Source: Patescibacteria group bacterium (GTDB lineage Bacteria; Patescibacteriota; UBA1384; XYA2-FULL-43-10). From it: a DNA stretch of 32,000 nucleotides. Of the stretch, positions 13,301-18,057 are shown piece by piece. The position numbers and the translations under genes were made by a program. Under the pieces are notes generated by a model that was not told the DNA's origin, did not search any database, and was given only the letters and a program-made list of their open reading frames with translations. The stretch covers positions 1-32,000 of the forward strand of contig JBAYVT010000004.1 in NCBI GenBank assembly GCA_041674405.1, read 5' to 3'. Each line of letters starts with the position of its first letter. Within the stretch, counting starts at the first letter, position 1.

Positions 13301-14487
13301 TCTGTCATCGTCATTGGATCTTGTATATACCAGTCGCTACCGCTCTGGTAGAGCATGCCCATATAGTCCGTTTTCATATATTGGCCAGGACCGACAGAAT
13401 CATACTGTCCGTTAAAATTTGTATTCCCTGCGCCGGCGACCAAATAGCCAGTACCACTAACTGTTACCGAAGTTGGTGCCGGGCTATCGCTTCCTGCAAT
13501 TACCCAAGTACCAAGTGGCGAAGATGAGTTATTCGTATAAGTTCCCAATGTACCAGGCCCACCCATGTTGTAATAGATCGAATATGTTCCCGTCCAGTTA
13601 GCATCTCCAAGTTCCCAGTAAGAATTAGAAGCATTATAATAGTACGCTATGCCATTCGAATTCATGCCTGTCATATTAGCATCAAAAACATAATTCCCAT
13701 TTGCCGCGCTAATCCCTGCGCCGCTGACGACATAAAGCGATGATTTTCTGGTAACAGTCGGCGCGCTACCGGGACTGTTGGCAGTCCAGCTACCATCTTG
13801 GGGATTTGCTGAATTTGTATAATACAGCATGTACATCCCATTAGGATCCATAACTTGCCATTGGCCGTAATTTTGAAGCACAAAGTTACTACTATTCATG
13901 TAGTAGCCGCCTCTGTCTGTGTATGTCCCATTTACCTCCGAGTATCCCGCACCTGAAGCAACATAGTCTGATCCATTAAGAGTAAAGGTCGGTGCTGTGC
14001 CCCAATAAGAACTCCATGATCCGACAGGAGTGTCACCGGTTGTTGTGAACATTTTTAGGCCTGATTGTTCGGAAAGAACCCAGTCACTGCCTGATTTGGT
14101 TATAGTACCCTGGCCCATCATGCCAGACATTGTATAAGGACCATCGTCTGTGCCATAATAAAAACCATCCAAATTCATGGTTCCGGAAATCGAGTAAAGG
14201 TGGTTTGTCGCTGCCTTCACCGGCTTAGGCGCAATAGAATTATAGCCCCACAAGCCAATCCCAAATGAGAAAAATAACAAAAATAAATAATGAGCCCACT
14301 TTGCCCCGCTCCACAAATGCCATCTGTAATACCATTGAAACTTCATCCGGCAAAAATTGTGTGCAGGTTCTAAGTGCGGGATTAATGTTCTCGTACTTTT
14401 TTGAATTTTCATAATTTCATCATCCAATTCCATGATTGTCATTCCGCAACGCTTGCTCCGATATTTTAATATTTTTGATCGCAGCAA
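1330..14487 (-). CDS. giant N-terminally anchored, repeat-rich cell-surface protein (4385 aa), likely an adhesin/lectin-type protein
   Basis: A single uninterrupted 13.2-kb ORF. An N-terminal hydrophobic anchor (KWAHYLFLLFFSFGIGLWGY, aa 63-83) is followed by: four novel aromatic/Gly-rich repeats; SGTV-type beta-sandwich domains; a 250-aa glycine-rich domain; two DUF2341-like plus LamG-like modules (TITIDHTK[VI]GTGGV[AS]DFPVL..., ...GVWHMN...); about 9 units of a 75-aa TTFTAAGDITVS...YYNLY repeat; at least 10 FN3-like domains; one Calx-beta-like domain; and two purple-acid-phosphatase-N-type FN3 domains. The start is uncertain: in-frame ATGs also occur at 14442, 14433, 14412 and 14346, and none has a clear SD. 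Confidence 0.9.
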   Translation of the reverse strand: MLRSKILKYRSKRCGMTIMELDDEIMKIQKSTRTLIPHLEPAHNFCRMKFQWYYRWHLWSGAKWAHYLFLLFFSFGIGLWGYNSIAPKPVKAATNHLYSISGTMNLDGFYYGTDDGPYTMSGMMGQGTITKSGSDWVLSEQSGLKMFTTTGDTPVGSWSSYWGTAPTFTLNGSDYVASGAGYSEVNGTYTDRGGYYMNSSNFVLQNYGQWQVMDPNGMYMLYYTNSANPQDGSWTANSPGSAPTVTRKSSLYVVSGAGISAANGNYVFDANMTGMNSNGIAYYYNASNSYWELGDANWTGTYSIYYNMGGPGTLGTYTNNSSSPLGTWVIAGSDSPAPTSVTVSGTGYLVAGAGNTNFNGQYDSVGPGQYMKTDYMGMLYQSGSDWYIQDPMTMTDVYKDANAATPDQGTWALAAAPAPTVTDGDPDGWTISGTVTYGGNGLSGVTVSVTGTSSATATTAANGTFTTTPLVPGTYNLAFSKTNYGFTPATISDISITNANVTGQDSTAVAANIISGTVAAGSDPMSGGTVIYDGAYTIRTFKSDDTLVVSEAAEAEVLLVAGGGGGGYFAGGGGAGGLLHESSHSFSAGSYPVTVGLGGAGNAQAGGGLPGESGENSVVDTLTAVGGGGGGSRTTSTWPYSGTAGSNGGSGGGGSASDGTTYGSGGSGTANQGNDGGDETSAYGWGGAGGGGAGAVGGNASGDTAGAGGDGLSTYSSLLTAANAGVDISGTRWIAGGGGGGARTDRGGSAKAGGKGGGGAGSISAQNGTDGTANTGGGGGGSGADSGSYAGGHGGSGIVIVRYLASSQAAGADVAFSASGQTTIHVTADGGGNYTSPPLLSGMTWTVTPTIEGLTFSPTSTDVALSGSDVPDTDFAVAEEPSYSISGTILDWSSTGISGVTVSDGTRSDDTDENGAYTITGVPDGTYTLTPTKTAYTFTPATLSATVSGADLTGKDFTAIPIPPTSWDYNTTITIDHTKVGTGGVADFPVLVTEANIPALFWSQVAADGKDIRIMNHDDTLLMNHELVSLDTGNKKMELWFKADGLSSDSDTVFKLYWGNTGAVAPPASWKQGVWSNGYAGVWHMNDVTTSTISDSSGNGNTGSKSGANTPVQADGLYGKSQQYTAGQTINVGSSDSLNLNAQDKTFEGMVYFPSVSDGIHQIISRYSNDSTVSYEWDYNNAEISYYDNVNGWVGAGNVLTTGWHFVSLTFSPSGNSMKFYIDGSDVAHPTVNGDPNATGAIDVGIGQRAHNSWGGSQTGAKFENFTASSTIRTQPWIQTEFNNQSSASTFYSVPAGGITISGTCKQYDESTNCGDSETVKVAINGSLDAATGTTSGGSWSISNVTQPSAGDTITVFVDGVADANEANAVTKYVSGDVSGIALYEKHLSIGSADNQTLSNTDISKYDNSVSSDEDIFFEVNTGTGDLTLPTGATQTDTDQKLYVLAGNAWRPNSGAGITSTTPNLVIPATATVNLDGTTLVLTGSGDPLSIAGTFTIGTSTVKFQGANATNVNALSYYNLYAADHTGTTFTAAGDITVSGVLTINAGAFSASSRTLHLTGSTTPFVVTGTFTPATSTISYEGTLATNVASTTYNNLYFNYADTTFTAAGDITVSSVLTVNTGIFDASSYTITLSGSGTPLVSSIASFHRSTSTVKYTGAAATNVAGVYYHNLYLDHSNTTFTAAANFVVYNVLTVNAGTFDASNKTITLAGSTGAPFVLNGSFTPSTSTISYTGNASGNTSVTSATYYNLYINQAVETYVAAGDITVSNVFTINAGTFDAADKTINLTGSGTPFVITPGATGAWLTGWGHRSTITIDHTKIGTGGVSDFPVLLTEANIPADFWSQVASDGKDIRVTDSNATTVLKNQVVSVDTTGHTMEVWFKAPSLSSDADSTFYLYWGNSSATMPSAADQQAVWSNGFAGVWHMNQASGNATDSTSNINDLTPSGSVTYSANGTVGKSMMLDGSSAYFTKTSPVGLDSATASWGTWTYLNSLSSVSTFIGRGPGGFSGGQIFATINTNGSINVDIPYVAGSVVTAPAGSITTLGWKKLTITRTSGGVWTIYVGATQVGQNTSASAPVLTGSLRLGANLYAGPSYANAYFDELRVGNGVAWTQPWVTTDYNSQNAPASFYSLGTATAPGGALTASTSTFKYTGSSATNIAGTTYNNLYLDHTSTTFTAAGDITVSSVFTNNAGTFNASNKTIHLTGSGTPFINTGTFTPSTSTISYEGTSATNVKGTTYYNLYINHTGTTFTEVGNNTVSNVLTVNAGTFNVGNTNLYLSGSGTPLVINGTFDPFTSNVRYTGSGPTTVAAASYYNLFFNQAGTTFTAAGDITVGSTLTITAGNFDASNKTIEIWGGGTPLVINDTFTSSTSTITYRGAGTPTITATTYYKLTFNGTGTYTAAGDIVANSDFTLTKGTFNADTHNIFCANMTASGSTTRVLQYGSGTWTVSGNWDSSGTNITETSGTSTVDLTGTGSVKALAVVSGVSYDFYNLKCAHNGQTTTLDTSIYVGNFLYVYSGGVLSSGHYLDLGKSDGDPLVNTGVTWSGGGFLKYYPNSDITIAGYNFGNMNVQYVGKTNNVTFTLSSGITTTGYISASGATSNKTTTLDTNGVNLSSNGLYAGLGGNNYGGVILLKSGSHTDAGDLRQSGTLSGNAIDFGTGSISVGGNINFAGIAVTPGTGTQVVTLNGSNTQTITSSNGTSIQEFNNLTSTNASASGVVFADSATVNGTFTDTTQSSKLTFHSGSTYDFDKVNIAGAANHPIILAPSSTTNWAFNPTTITAVTYVDVSKSTNTGASFCATYSTGSGNVGWLISSSAVCKPNAPTDAAIGNIDSTSFDATWTDNSSDETGFKVYISTNSNADCSLATYPDTPDYTAAAGATLQSVTGKSINTQYCAKIIAAGSGSDSDPAYSAPKYTLANTPSAPTVSGDYVLAYGYHFDVTINPNNNPEGTNYWIQYSANGTDYQDPVDMAWQTETTYNLFGKPWNTQYWFKIKAKNGDGTETSYSIAGADVTPPGPPTNRQVSNICSTTALASWAAASGANSYNFSYGTDTNATNLGTTSNITDTQHGLSDLVDVTTYYWKVSSTSDANGTGGWSAISNFATGACVAPIAPNDFNGTAASASQVNWSWSNVSGETGWKVEDTDHTDLHDLAADSTGWNETGLSANTSYTRHANVFNDYGSNDSNQKTVYTLANIPGAPTVSATASGIKIVINKNSNPDANTRYAIFNDTAGKYVKHADGTLQDDPDWQLYADWGGASGFINVGLSPNVSYTYKVKAENGDMITTDFSSTANVYSPANASISPTVNATSSSSLTIIINANSNPASTEFIIYNSAAGQYLKADGTLSAFATWQTREGWGGDSGIANIGLSSNTSYSYVVRARNGDGVLAAPSLAASKYTLANVPGAPDASAVSASAIKIFINQNSNPAGTRYAIYNETLGKYVKHADGSLQNDADWQTYSDWGGASGFTNSGLTAGTEYAYQMKAENNDGAETSMSALVHTITGYPSVQFAAATSQNSISSGSNNISINLSEISGTDASVDYAATGGTAVKDTDYTFTNGTASIAHGQNGVSVNLTLINNHLVGSNKTIVFTLSNPVNTSIGATSTLTFTIINDNPAPSGSFAIAQGSTTNSRDLSLNLTYGTATQVIASTNSDFSDSDYIGVASSIGLALPDVDAAYTICLKYKDQYGNESATYSQSITLDRAAPADPTALSAQAGNHTISLSWTNPSDSDLLKIKVYRGAAAGFDLGSANKTFEIYGGGATYVDPDATNNIDYYYKVTALDGVGNESGVSNEVTARADSDNPTTPGKPGVTETTQNINGNIVATARKLTFNWSASEDINSGLKNYIINIGSASGRNDVVSEAEIDAGTTSFAYEFGVDGTYFVRVSASDKMENISASSDEYIIAIDTTAPGRPEDAVMYDVSDRADNIFAAAIAWKSSTDAISGLKGYVVSKNGSALNVGPNGITGGIVSDPKTGYSFYLDLSQANLKTSYSIKAVDLAGNITPEVAATLADTDITRTTSQKAGDTTIILPDAIIGEGKLEISDIKVEPSGVISDKTQAKATWSTSVPATSQVEFGTSANYDRKTDIDTGLNSSHTVILPDLNPATTYHFRVISKDKRGNEIFSSDQTFTTGSKVKQKSILDLIAETLSNSFSRIWSSVRNLFSANHDMVYAADNAMSSLDTLFVSNISTPTKPSYALYWPKGKGNVSIQRSEDGGSFVTIGETDQNFYLDFSAKTNANYTYKVGELTGVSSDELSGKSVISAIKIESGAVSKDNASVIVTFKTDKLAKSQVLYGEGESLNLQTPLDEALNQSHTILIENLKPTRNYSFELKTIDKSGENVTTSAIQKFVAENAPTDMSLFEIIVKALQDALSGFDKWMRG
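3643..3972 (-). other. Calx-beta-like domain (aa 3506-3615)
   Basis: SVQFAAATSQNSISSGSNNISINLSEISGTDASVDYAATGGTAVKDTDYTFTNGTASIAHGQNGVSVNLTLINNHLVGSNKTIVFTLSNP matches the Calx-beta pattern (V.Y.T..GTA..G.DY....G.l.F..Ge....i.v.i..D). Confidence 0.6.
3973..6024 (-). repeat. array of seven FN3-like domains (aa 2822-3505)
   Basis: Units of about 90-100 aa with the spacing W...Y...Y.[VF].A.N..G. Units 5 and 7 are about 75% identical (KYTLAN[IV]PGAP...NSNP...RYAI[FY]N[DE]T[AL]GKYVKHADG[TS]LQ[DN]D[PA]DWQ). Confidence 0.65.
7168..8070 (-). repeat. array 2 of the same 75-aa coding repeat
   Basis: About 4.5 units at aa 2140-2440, directly after DUF2341/LamG copy 2. Confidence 0.65.
8083..9072 (-). 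other. DUF2341-like plus LamG-like module, copy 2 (aa 1806-2135)
   Basis: TITIDHTKIGTGGVSDFPVLLTEANIPADFWSQVASDGKDIRV...LYWGN then GVWHMNQASGNATD...IYVG. The first 45 aa are about 85% identical to copy 1. Confidence 0.6.
9088..10050 (-). repeat. array 1 of about 75-aa coding repeats (TTFTAAGDITVSxVLTxNAGxFxASxxTIxLTGSGTPxVxxGTFTPxTSTISYxGxxATNVxxxxYxNLY)
   Basis: About 4.5 units at aa 1480-1800, probably a beta-solenoid. Confidence 0.65.
10603..11592 (-). other. DUF2341-like plus LamG/concanavalin-A-like lectin module, copy 1 (aa 966-1295)
   Basis: TITIDHTKVGTGGVADFPVLVTEANIPALFWSQVAADGKDIRI...LYWGN then GVWHMNDVT...SGNGNTG...FYIDG, the pattern I associate with DUF2341 followed by Laminin_G_3. 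Confidence 0.6.
12079..12822 (-). other. segment encoding a glycine-rich domain (aa 556-803) of the giant protein
   Basis: Runs of GGGGGG separated by short S/T/A/N stretches. The domain starts EVLLVAGGGGGGY and ends GGHGGSGIVIVRY. The GGN codons raise local G+C and create shadow ORFs on both strands (12093-12895). Confidence 0.75.
13222..14175 (-). repeat. coding repeats: four copies of an uncharacterised 75-95-aa module (Y-[VL]-V-[SA]-G-A-G-x4-N-G-x-Y ... W ... APT[VF]T)
   Basis: aa 105-422 of the giant ORF. Aligned by eye: SDYVASGAGYSEVNGTY.., SLYVVSGAGISAANGNY.., TGYLVAGAGNTNFNGQY... Each copy ends in ..AP(A)PT(S)VT. Confidence 0.6.
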
Positions 14488-14807
14488 AATCTCTCATTTT
14501 ATTTTGCACAACAAAATAATGGGCGTGAAATACGCTTTTCCCAAAATAAGTAAATTGTATTCGGATTTACTATCACCGCCCCTCGCAAAATTGCACTCGA
14601 TAACACACAAGAAAAGTGAGAAACTCGCTTTAGAACTCGATGGACTCCCTCCATCATGTTTTCATTATATAGTATGCCCAGCTATTGGACAACCAATATT
14701 ATCAAGATTTTATTCAAAAAATTATCTGTAGCGCAACAAAATTGGCAAGAGCAATAAAAACACTTTTAAAAAGCGGAAAACAAGAAATAAGCAAATCTCT
14801 TCGAAAA

Positions 14808-15335
14808 TTATTTCAATGAAATAGACACATCGCCCGTATTGATGTTCCCGGTAGAGTTGTTAAATAAAATCGTATTTGAACCAGTGTTCACATTCACACT
14901 GACATTCTGGTTTGAATATATTTTTTTGGTGACTTGCGTAAAAATTGCATCGGAAACATAGACAGTCGCTTTGTTTATATTGACTGAATTTGGCCCTGTT
15001 AAATCATTTTTGAATGTAAAAGTATTGCCTGGAGCATCGCGATCAATGACTATAAGTTCACGCGCATAAACCTGCGCCGGTAGGAAATCTTGGAAGTGGT
15101 GATGTTTTCTCATCAACCCCTGGTCCTGGAAAAAAACGGCGTTTGTGTCGATTACAATCAGATTTTCCAAATTTGTTTTCATTTGAATATCACAGCCGTC
15201 TCTGTGGCAATGGCTGTGAATCCGAGTTTTGACATCCGAACTGGCAGCATATGCGTTTGGCATAGCCACCACTATCAATACCAGAGTGACAAAAGTAGCC
15301 AGAACAACTCTCGCTATTTTCTGTAAATAAACCAT
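14808..15335 (-). CDS. secreted hypothetical protein (175 aa), His/Cys-rich N-terminal part and N/T/G-rich C-terminal tail
   Basis: Strong SD GGAAGGAGGTGAACCGA-ATG at 15335; the longer TTG start in the ORF track lies inside this SD. Signal peptide MVYLQKIARVVLATFVTLVLIVVAMPNAYA/AS. Also HSHCHRDGCD and KHHHF motifs, and the tail NVSVNVNTGSNTILFNNSTGNINTGDVSISLK. Confidence 0.7.
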   Translation of the reverse strand: MVYLQKIARVVLATFVTLVLIVVAMPNAYAASSDVKTRIHSHCHRDGCDIQMKTNLENLIVIDTNAVFFQDQGLMRKHHHFQDFLPAQVYARELIVIDRDAPGNTFTFKNDLTGPNSVNINKATVYVSDAIFTQVTKKIYSNQNVSVNVNTGSNTILFNNSTGNINTGDVSISLK

Positions 15336-15486
15336 TCGGTTCACCTCCTTCCGTAGCAAAAATAAAAAACGCCATAAGTTTACCCGACGGCGCTCAATAT
15401 TCCTATGGATTTATTTACTATCTCAACCTTTTAATCTTGAATGCAAGTTCGAGGATTTTAAGATTTTGGGTGTATTTTTGACTTTT

Positions 15487-15509
15487 GTCCGCCAGCTAGC
15501 GGATTGACT
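15487..15509. repeat. GC hairpin motif GTCCGCC-AGCT-AGCGGAT(T)GAC, copy 1 (one arm mismatch)
   Basis: Matches 19509-19530 (GTCCGCCAGCTGGCGGATGAC) at 20 of 21 positions plus a 1-nt indel. It lies 6 nt downstream of the PIG-L stop. Confidence 0.6.
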
Positions 15510-15515
15510 TTTGAG

Positions 15516-16217
15516 CTATCCGCGCGTATACACTTCTGCGTGGTTTGATACCCCAAAAGACTTTCCGAGATATTCGTTTAGGGCAAGCATCGCTTCATCG
15601 TATTTTTTGACTCTAAGCTGGCTTTTGTGAGAGCGCGCAGCCTCTTTTTTTATTTCGATATACTGGTCTATTGGAAAAATAATATTGGGCTTGCCAATTC
15701 CCCACACACTGTAATACCACACTTCCGGCTTTTCCTTAAGCTTGGAATAAGCGGTAAAAAAATGTTTATGGATCACCACGTGATCCGGGTGCCAATCTGA
15801 TTTATCCGGCACCAAAATTAAATCAATTGGGCGGGTTGCAATTTCCTCAAGTATCCGAACCCAAAGATCAGAATTTGCCGGGGAATCATCTTTAAGCCGA
15901 AGAAAGTTTACTTCGGAGTGCCCGAGCACCCGCACCGCTGAAACGGCTTCTTTTTCGCGGGCATCAATCAATGATTCATCTCGCGAGCCAATCTTGTTTC
16001 CTTTTGCGCCATCAAAAAAATAGAGGGTTTTAATTTTCGCCCCACCCTGTATTAGGTGTGCAAGCAACCCTCCGCAGCTAAAAACATCATCATCGGGATG
16101 AGGAGAGAGCACAAGAACATGGCCTGCTATCACATGGTCAACTACTTTTGCAGAAAGCCATGACCTCGCAGCAGAATGAACTAGGTCTTCTTCTTTTTTA
16201 TGGTGAACATGAAACAT
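15516..16217 (-). CDS. PIG-L/LmbE-family N-acetylglucosaminyl deacetylase
   Basis: VLVLSPHPDDDVFSCGG (the PIG-L metal-binding motif) and WHPDH, 233 aa, ATG start. Confidence 0.85.
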   Translation of the reverse strand: MFHVHHKKEEDLVHSAARSWLSAKVVDHVIAGHVLVLSPHPDDDVFSCGGLLAHLIQGGAKIKTLYFFDGAKGNKIGSRDESLIDAREKEAVSAVRVLGHSEVNFLRLKDDSPANSDLWVRILEEIATRPIDLILVPDKSDWHPDHVVIHKHFFTAYSKLKEKPEVWYYSVWGIGKPNIIFPIDQYIEIKKEAARSHKSQLRVKKYDEAMLALNEYLGKSFGVSNHAEVYTRG

Positions 16218-16225
16218 GGCAACCC

Positions 16226-16257
16226 AAGAATTACGAATTAAGAATTACGAATTAAGG
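16226..16257. repeat. tandem 14-mer AAGAATTACGAATT x2 (+AAGG)
   Basis: Exact copies at 16226-16239 and 16240-16253. They encode the tail and stop of the four-helix-bundle remnant. Inverted partners TTGATTCTTAA lie at 16429-16439 and 16478-16488. Confidence 0.75.
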
Positions 16258-16435
16258 TTTTGGATTTTTTTATTAATCCATTTGTCATTTTACTTAACTC
16301 GACTGTTTTTAACGCCAATCCTTTAAAGCAAATGTCAGTAATAAAATTGACATCTTTAGCAATAATTAATTGGTTTTGTACTTCAGTCAAAGATCCCAAG
16401 GAAATCGAATAAAAGTTTGCTTTATCCTTTGATTC
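16238..16435 (-). pseudogene. 5'-truncated remnant of a four-helix-bundle (23S rRNA-intervening-sequence-type) protein gene
   Basis: Hand translation of the minus strand gives ESKDKANFYSISLGSLTEVQNQLIIAKDVNFITDICFKGLALKTVELSKMTNGLIKKSKTLIRNS*. This fits the C-terminal half of this family (..F..IA.GSL.E..TQL.IA..L.YI.......L......V.KML.GLIKSL). There is an in-frame TAA at 16436-16438 and no ATG before the internal M. It is absent from the ORF track. Confidence 0.5.
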
Positions 16436-16505
16436 TTAATTCTTGCTTCTTGATTCATCTTGACTGATTTATGATACTTGATTCTTAAAATATGCGGAGG
16501 AAGAT

Positions 16506-17708
16506 TTAAAATTTATCTCTAGCTAACTTTTGGTACACTTCTTCAATTTGTCCAACGACTATCCTCCAGTCATATTTTTTTGCCGTTTCCTTCCCTTCTC
16601 GAGCTAGCTTCGCAGCTAACGCCGGATGTCCGATAATTTCAATTACTGCCTGCGCAATTTGGCTTGGGCTTTCTGCTTTAATCATTATCCCGTTTTTTCG
16701 GTCGGATACGATGTCAGCAATTCCACCCACTTTTGTTGCGATGACTGGCACTCCTGTGCTCATGGCCTCCAAAACAACAATGCCAAATGTTTCTGAGATT
16801 GACGGCAAAACAAAAACATTCCATCTTTTCATATATTTTGTTGGATTGTCGATCCTACCAAGCAAAGTCACGTGTTTTTGTAATTTGGCATTTGTAATTT
16901 GTAATTTGAGCGCCTCACGCTCTTCGCCCTCACCAATAATTTCAAGAGTGGCAAGGGGAAATTTTTTTATTATCTCCGGCATGGCAGCAATCAAATATTC
17001 TTGTCCTTTCTGTAAATTCAGGTTTCCGATATTGCCAATAATCGGAGGTTGATGCCCGTGCCTAGCCTGAATGTTGCAAGCTGAGAGCTGCAAGCTTTTA
17101 GTGTCGATCCCGTTTGGAACAACCATAACTCTTTTGGCTGGAGCCATCTTATTTTTTATAAGAAAATCCGCAACGGCATTTGAAACTGCAATTATGGCAT
17201 CCGTTCGATAATTTAAAATACGCAGGGCTCTTTTCTGCAGCCATTCATTGACCCTGTTTTCAAGATGGTATGATTCATTCCAAATATGTTCGGTATATAC
17301 TTGATATACGCCTTTTGGTGCTGCTCTGCGTCCGATAAAACCCGCTCTCGGCCCGTGCGTATGAACTATCATCGGGCGAAATGGGTTATCGCGAGTCTGA
17401 ATTTCCGAAAGGATTTTTTCCAACCTGGATTTCGCAGAAAAATCAAACTTTGATCTGAATTTTATTTCGAGAACATGAATGCCATCAATTTCGCGAACCT
17501 TTCCTGAAAGAATTCCGGGCGAACATACCAAAAAAGGCTCGAACTTTTTCTGGTCGATATTTTTAAGAAGGCCAAGAACATGGGCTTCCCCGCCCCCAAA
17601 ACCGCTGTCCGCGATAATCTGTACTACTTTCATGCGTTTATCAACTTCTTTCGCTTCTGTATCGGCGGCCATTTTTTTAACGCGTTCTTTCGAAGTTTCT
17701 TTTACCAC
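16506..17708 (-). CDS. GT4-family glycosyltransferase
   Basis: N-terminal MKVVQIIADSGFGGGEAHV, and a C-terminal EX7E-type region (LPSISETFGIVVLEAMSTGVPVIATKVGGIADIV) typical of GT-B/GT4 enzymes. The track start at 17708 is GTG; ATGs at 17672 and 17633 (MKVVQII) are alternative and probably better starts. Confidence 0.85.
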   Translation of the reverse strand: MVKETSKERVKKMAADTEAKEVDKRMKVVQIIADSGFGGGEAHVLGLLKNIDQKKFEPFLVCSPGILSGKVREIDGIHVLEIKFRSKFDFSAKSRLEKILSEIQTRDNPFRPMIVHTHGPRAGFIGRRAAPKGVYQVYTEHIWNESYHLENRVNEWLQKRALRILNYRTDAIIAVSNAVADFLIKNKMAPAKRVMVVPNGIDTKSLQLSACNIQARHGHQPPIIGNIGNLNLQKGQEYLIAAMPEIIKKFPLATLEIIGEGEEREALKLQITNAKLQKHVTLLGRIDNPTKYMKRWNVFVLPSISETFGIVVLEAMSTGVPVIATKVGGIADIVSDRKNGIMIKAESPSQIAQAVIEIIGHPALAAKLAREGKETAKKYDWRIVVGQIEEVYQKLARDKF

Positions 17709-17748
17709 AATTCTCCAATGCCAAAATAATCTTTGTCTTAGAAAACTT

Positions 17749-18033
17749 TTATATTGAGATATATTTTGTCGTATACAAAATCACAAAAACCAGCACGTAA
17801 ATTATTGCCAGAAACACCCCCAGCGAATGATTGAATCTCTTACTGCCAAGCATCAGGTAACCAAGCGATAACCCGAACAAAATTCCAGAAAAACCAATCG
17901 TTAGAGTCTCTATCGGGTTTCCCCACATCTGGTTCGCCACTACGTCTAGTACCAACAATAGCAAAGCAAGCAATGACAAAGAAACCGGATTGAACAAAAC
18001 TCCTAACTCGCTTTTAGAACTAGCCTTAGCCAT
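17749..18033 (-). CDS. small membrane protein (94 aa, 3 TM), function unknown
   Basis: SD GGAGG lies 6 nt upstream of the ATG at 18033; the TTG at 18045 in the track lies next to this SD. Hydrophobic segments VSLSLLALLLLVLDVV, IGFSGILFGLSLGYLML and GVFLAIIYVLVFVILY. Confidence 0.6.
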   Translation of the reverse strand: MAKASSKSELGVLFNPVSLSLLALLLLVLDVVANQMWGNPIETLTIGFSGILFGLSLGYLMLGSKRFNHSLGVFLAIIYVLVFVILYTTKYISI

Positions 18034-18057
18034 GTTCCCCTCCAATTATTCGATTAA

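Noticed and set aside
1256-14487. About 40 short ORFs on both strands inside the giant gene (for example 1970-2152, 3031-3381, 8807-9247, 10344-10700, 11437-11832)
   Set aside because: All lie within, and out of frame or antisense to, a single uninterrupted 4385-codon ORF with coherent domain structure. Their sequences are low-complexity or nonsense.
14432-14731. A 99-aa plus-strand ORF in the spacer upstream of the giant gene
   Set aside because: It has no SD. It starts inside the 5' end of the giant ORF on the opposite strand and has no recognisable motif or hydrophobic pattern. It is probably spurious, though a small protein from the internal ATG at 14519 cannot be excluded.
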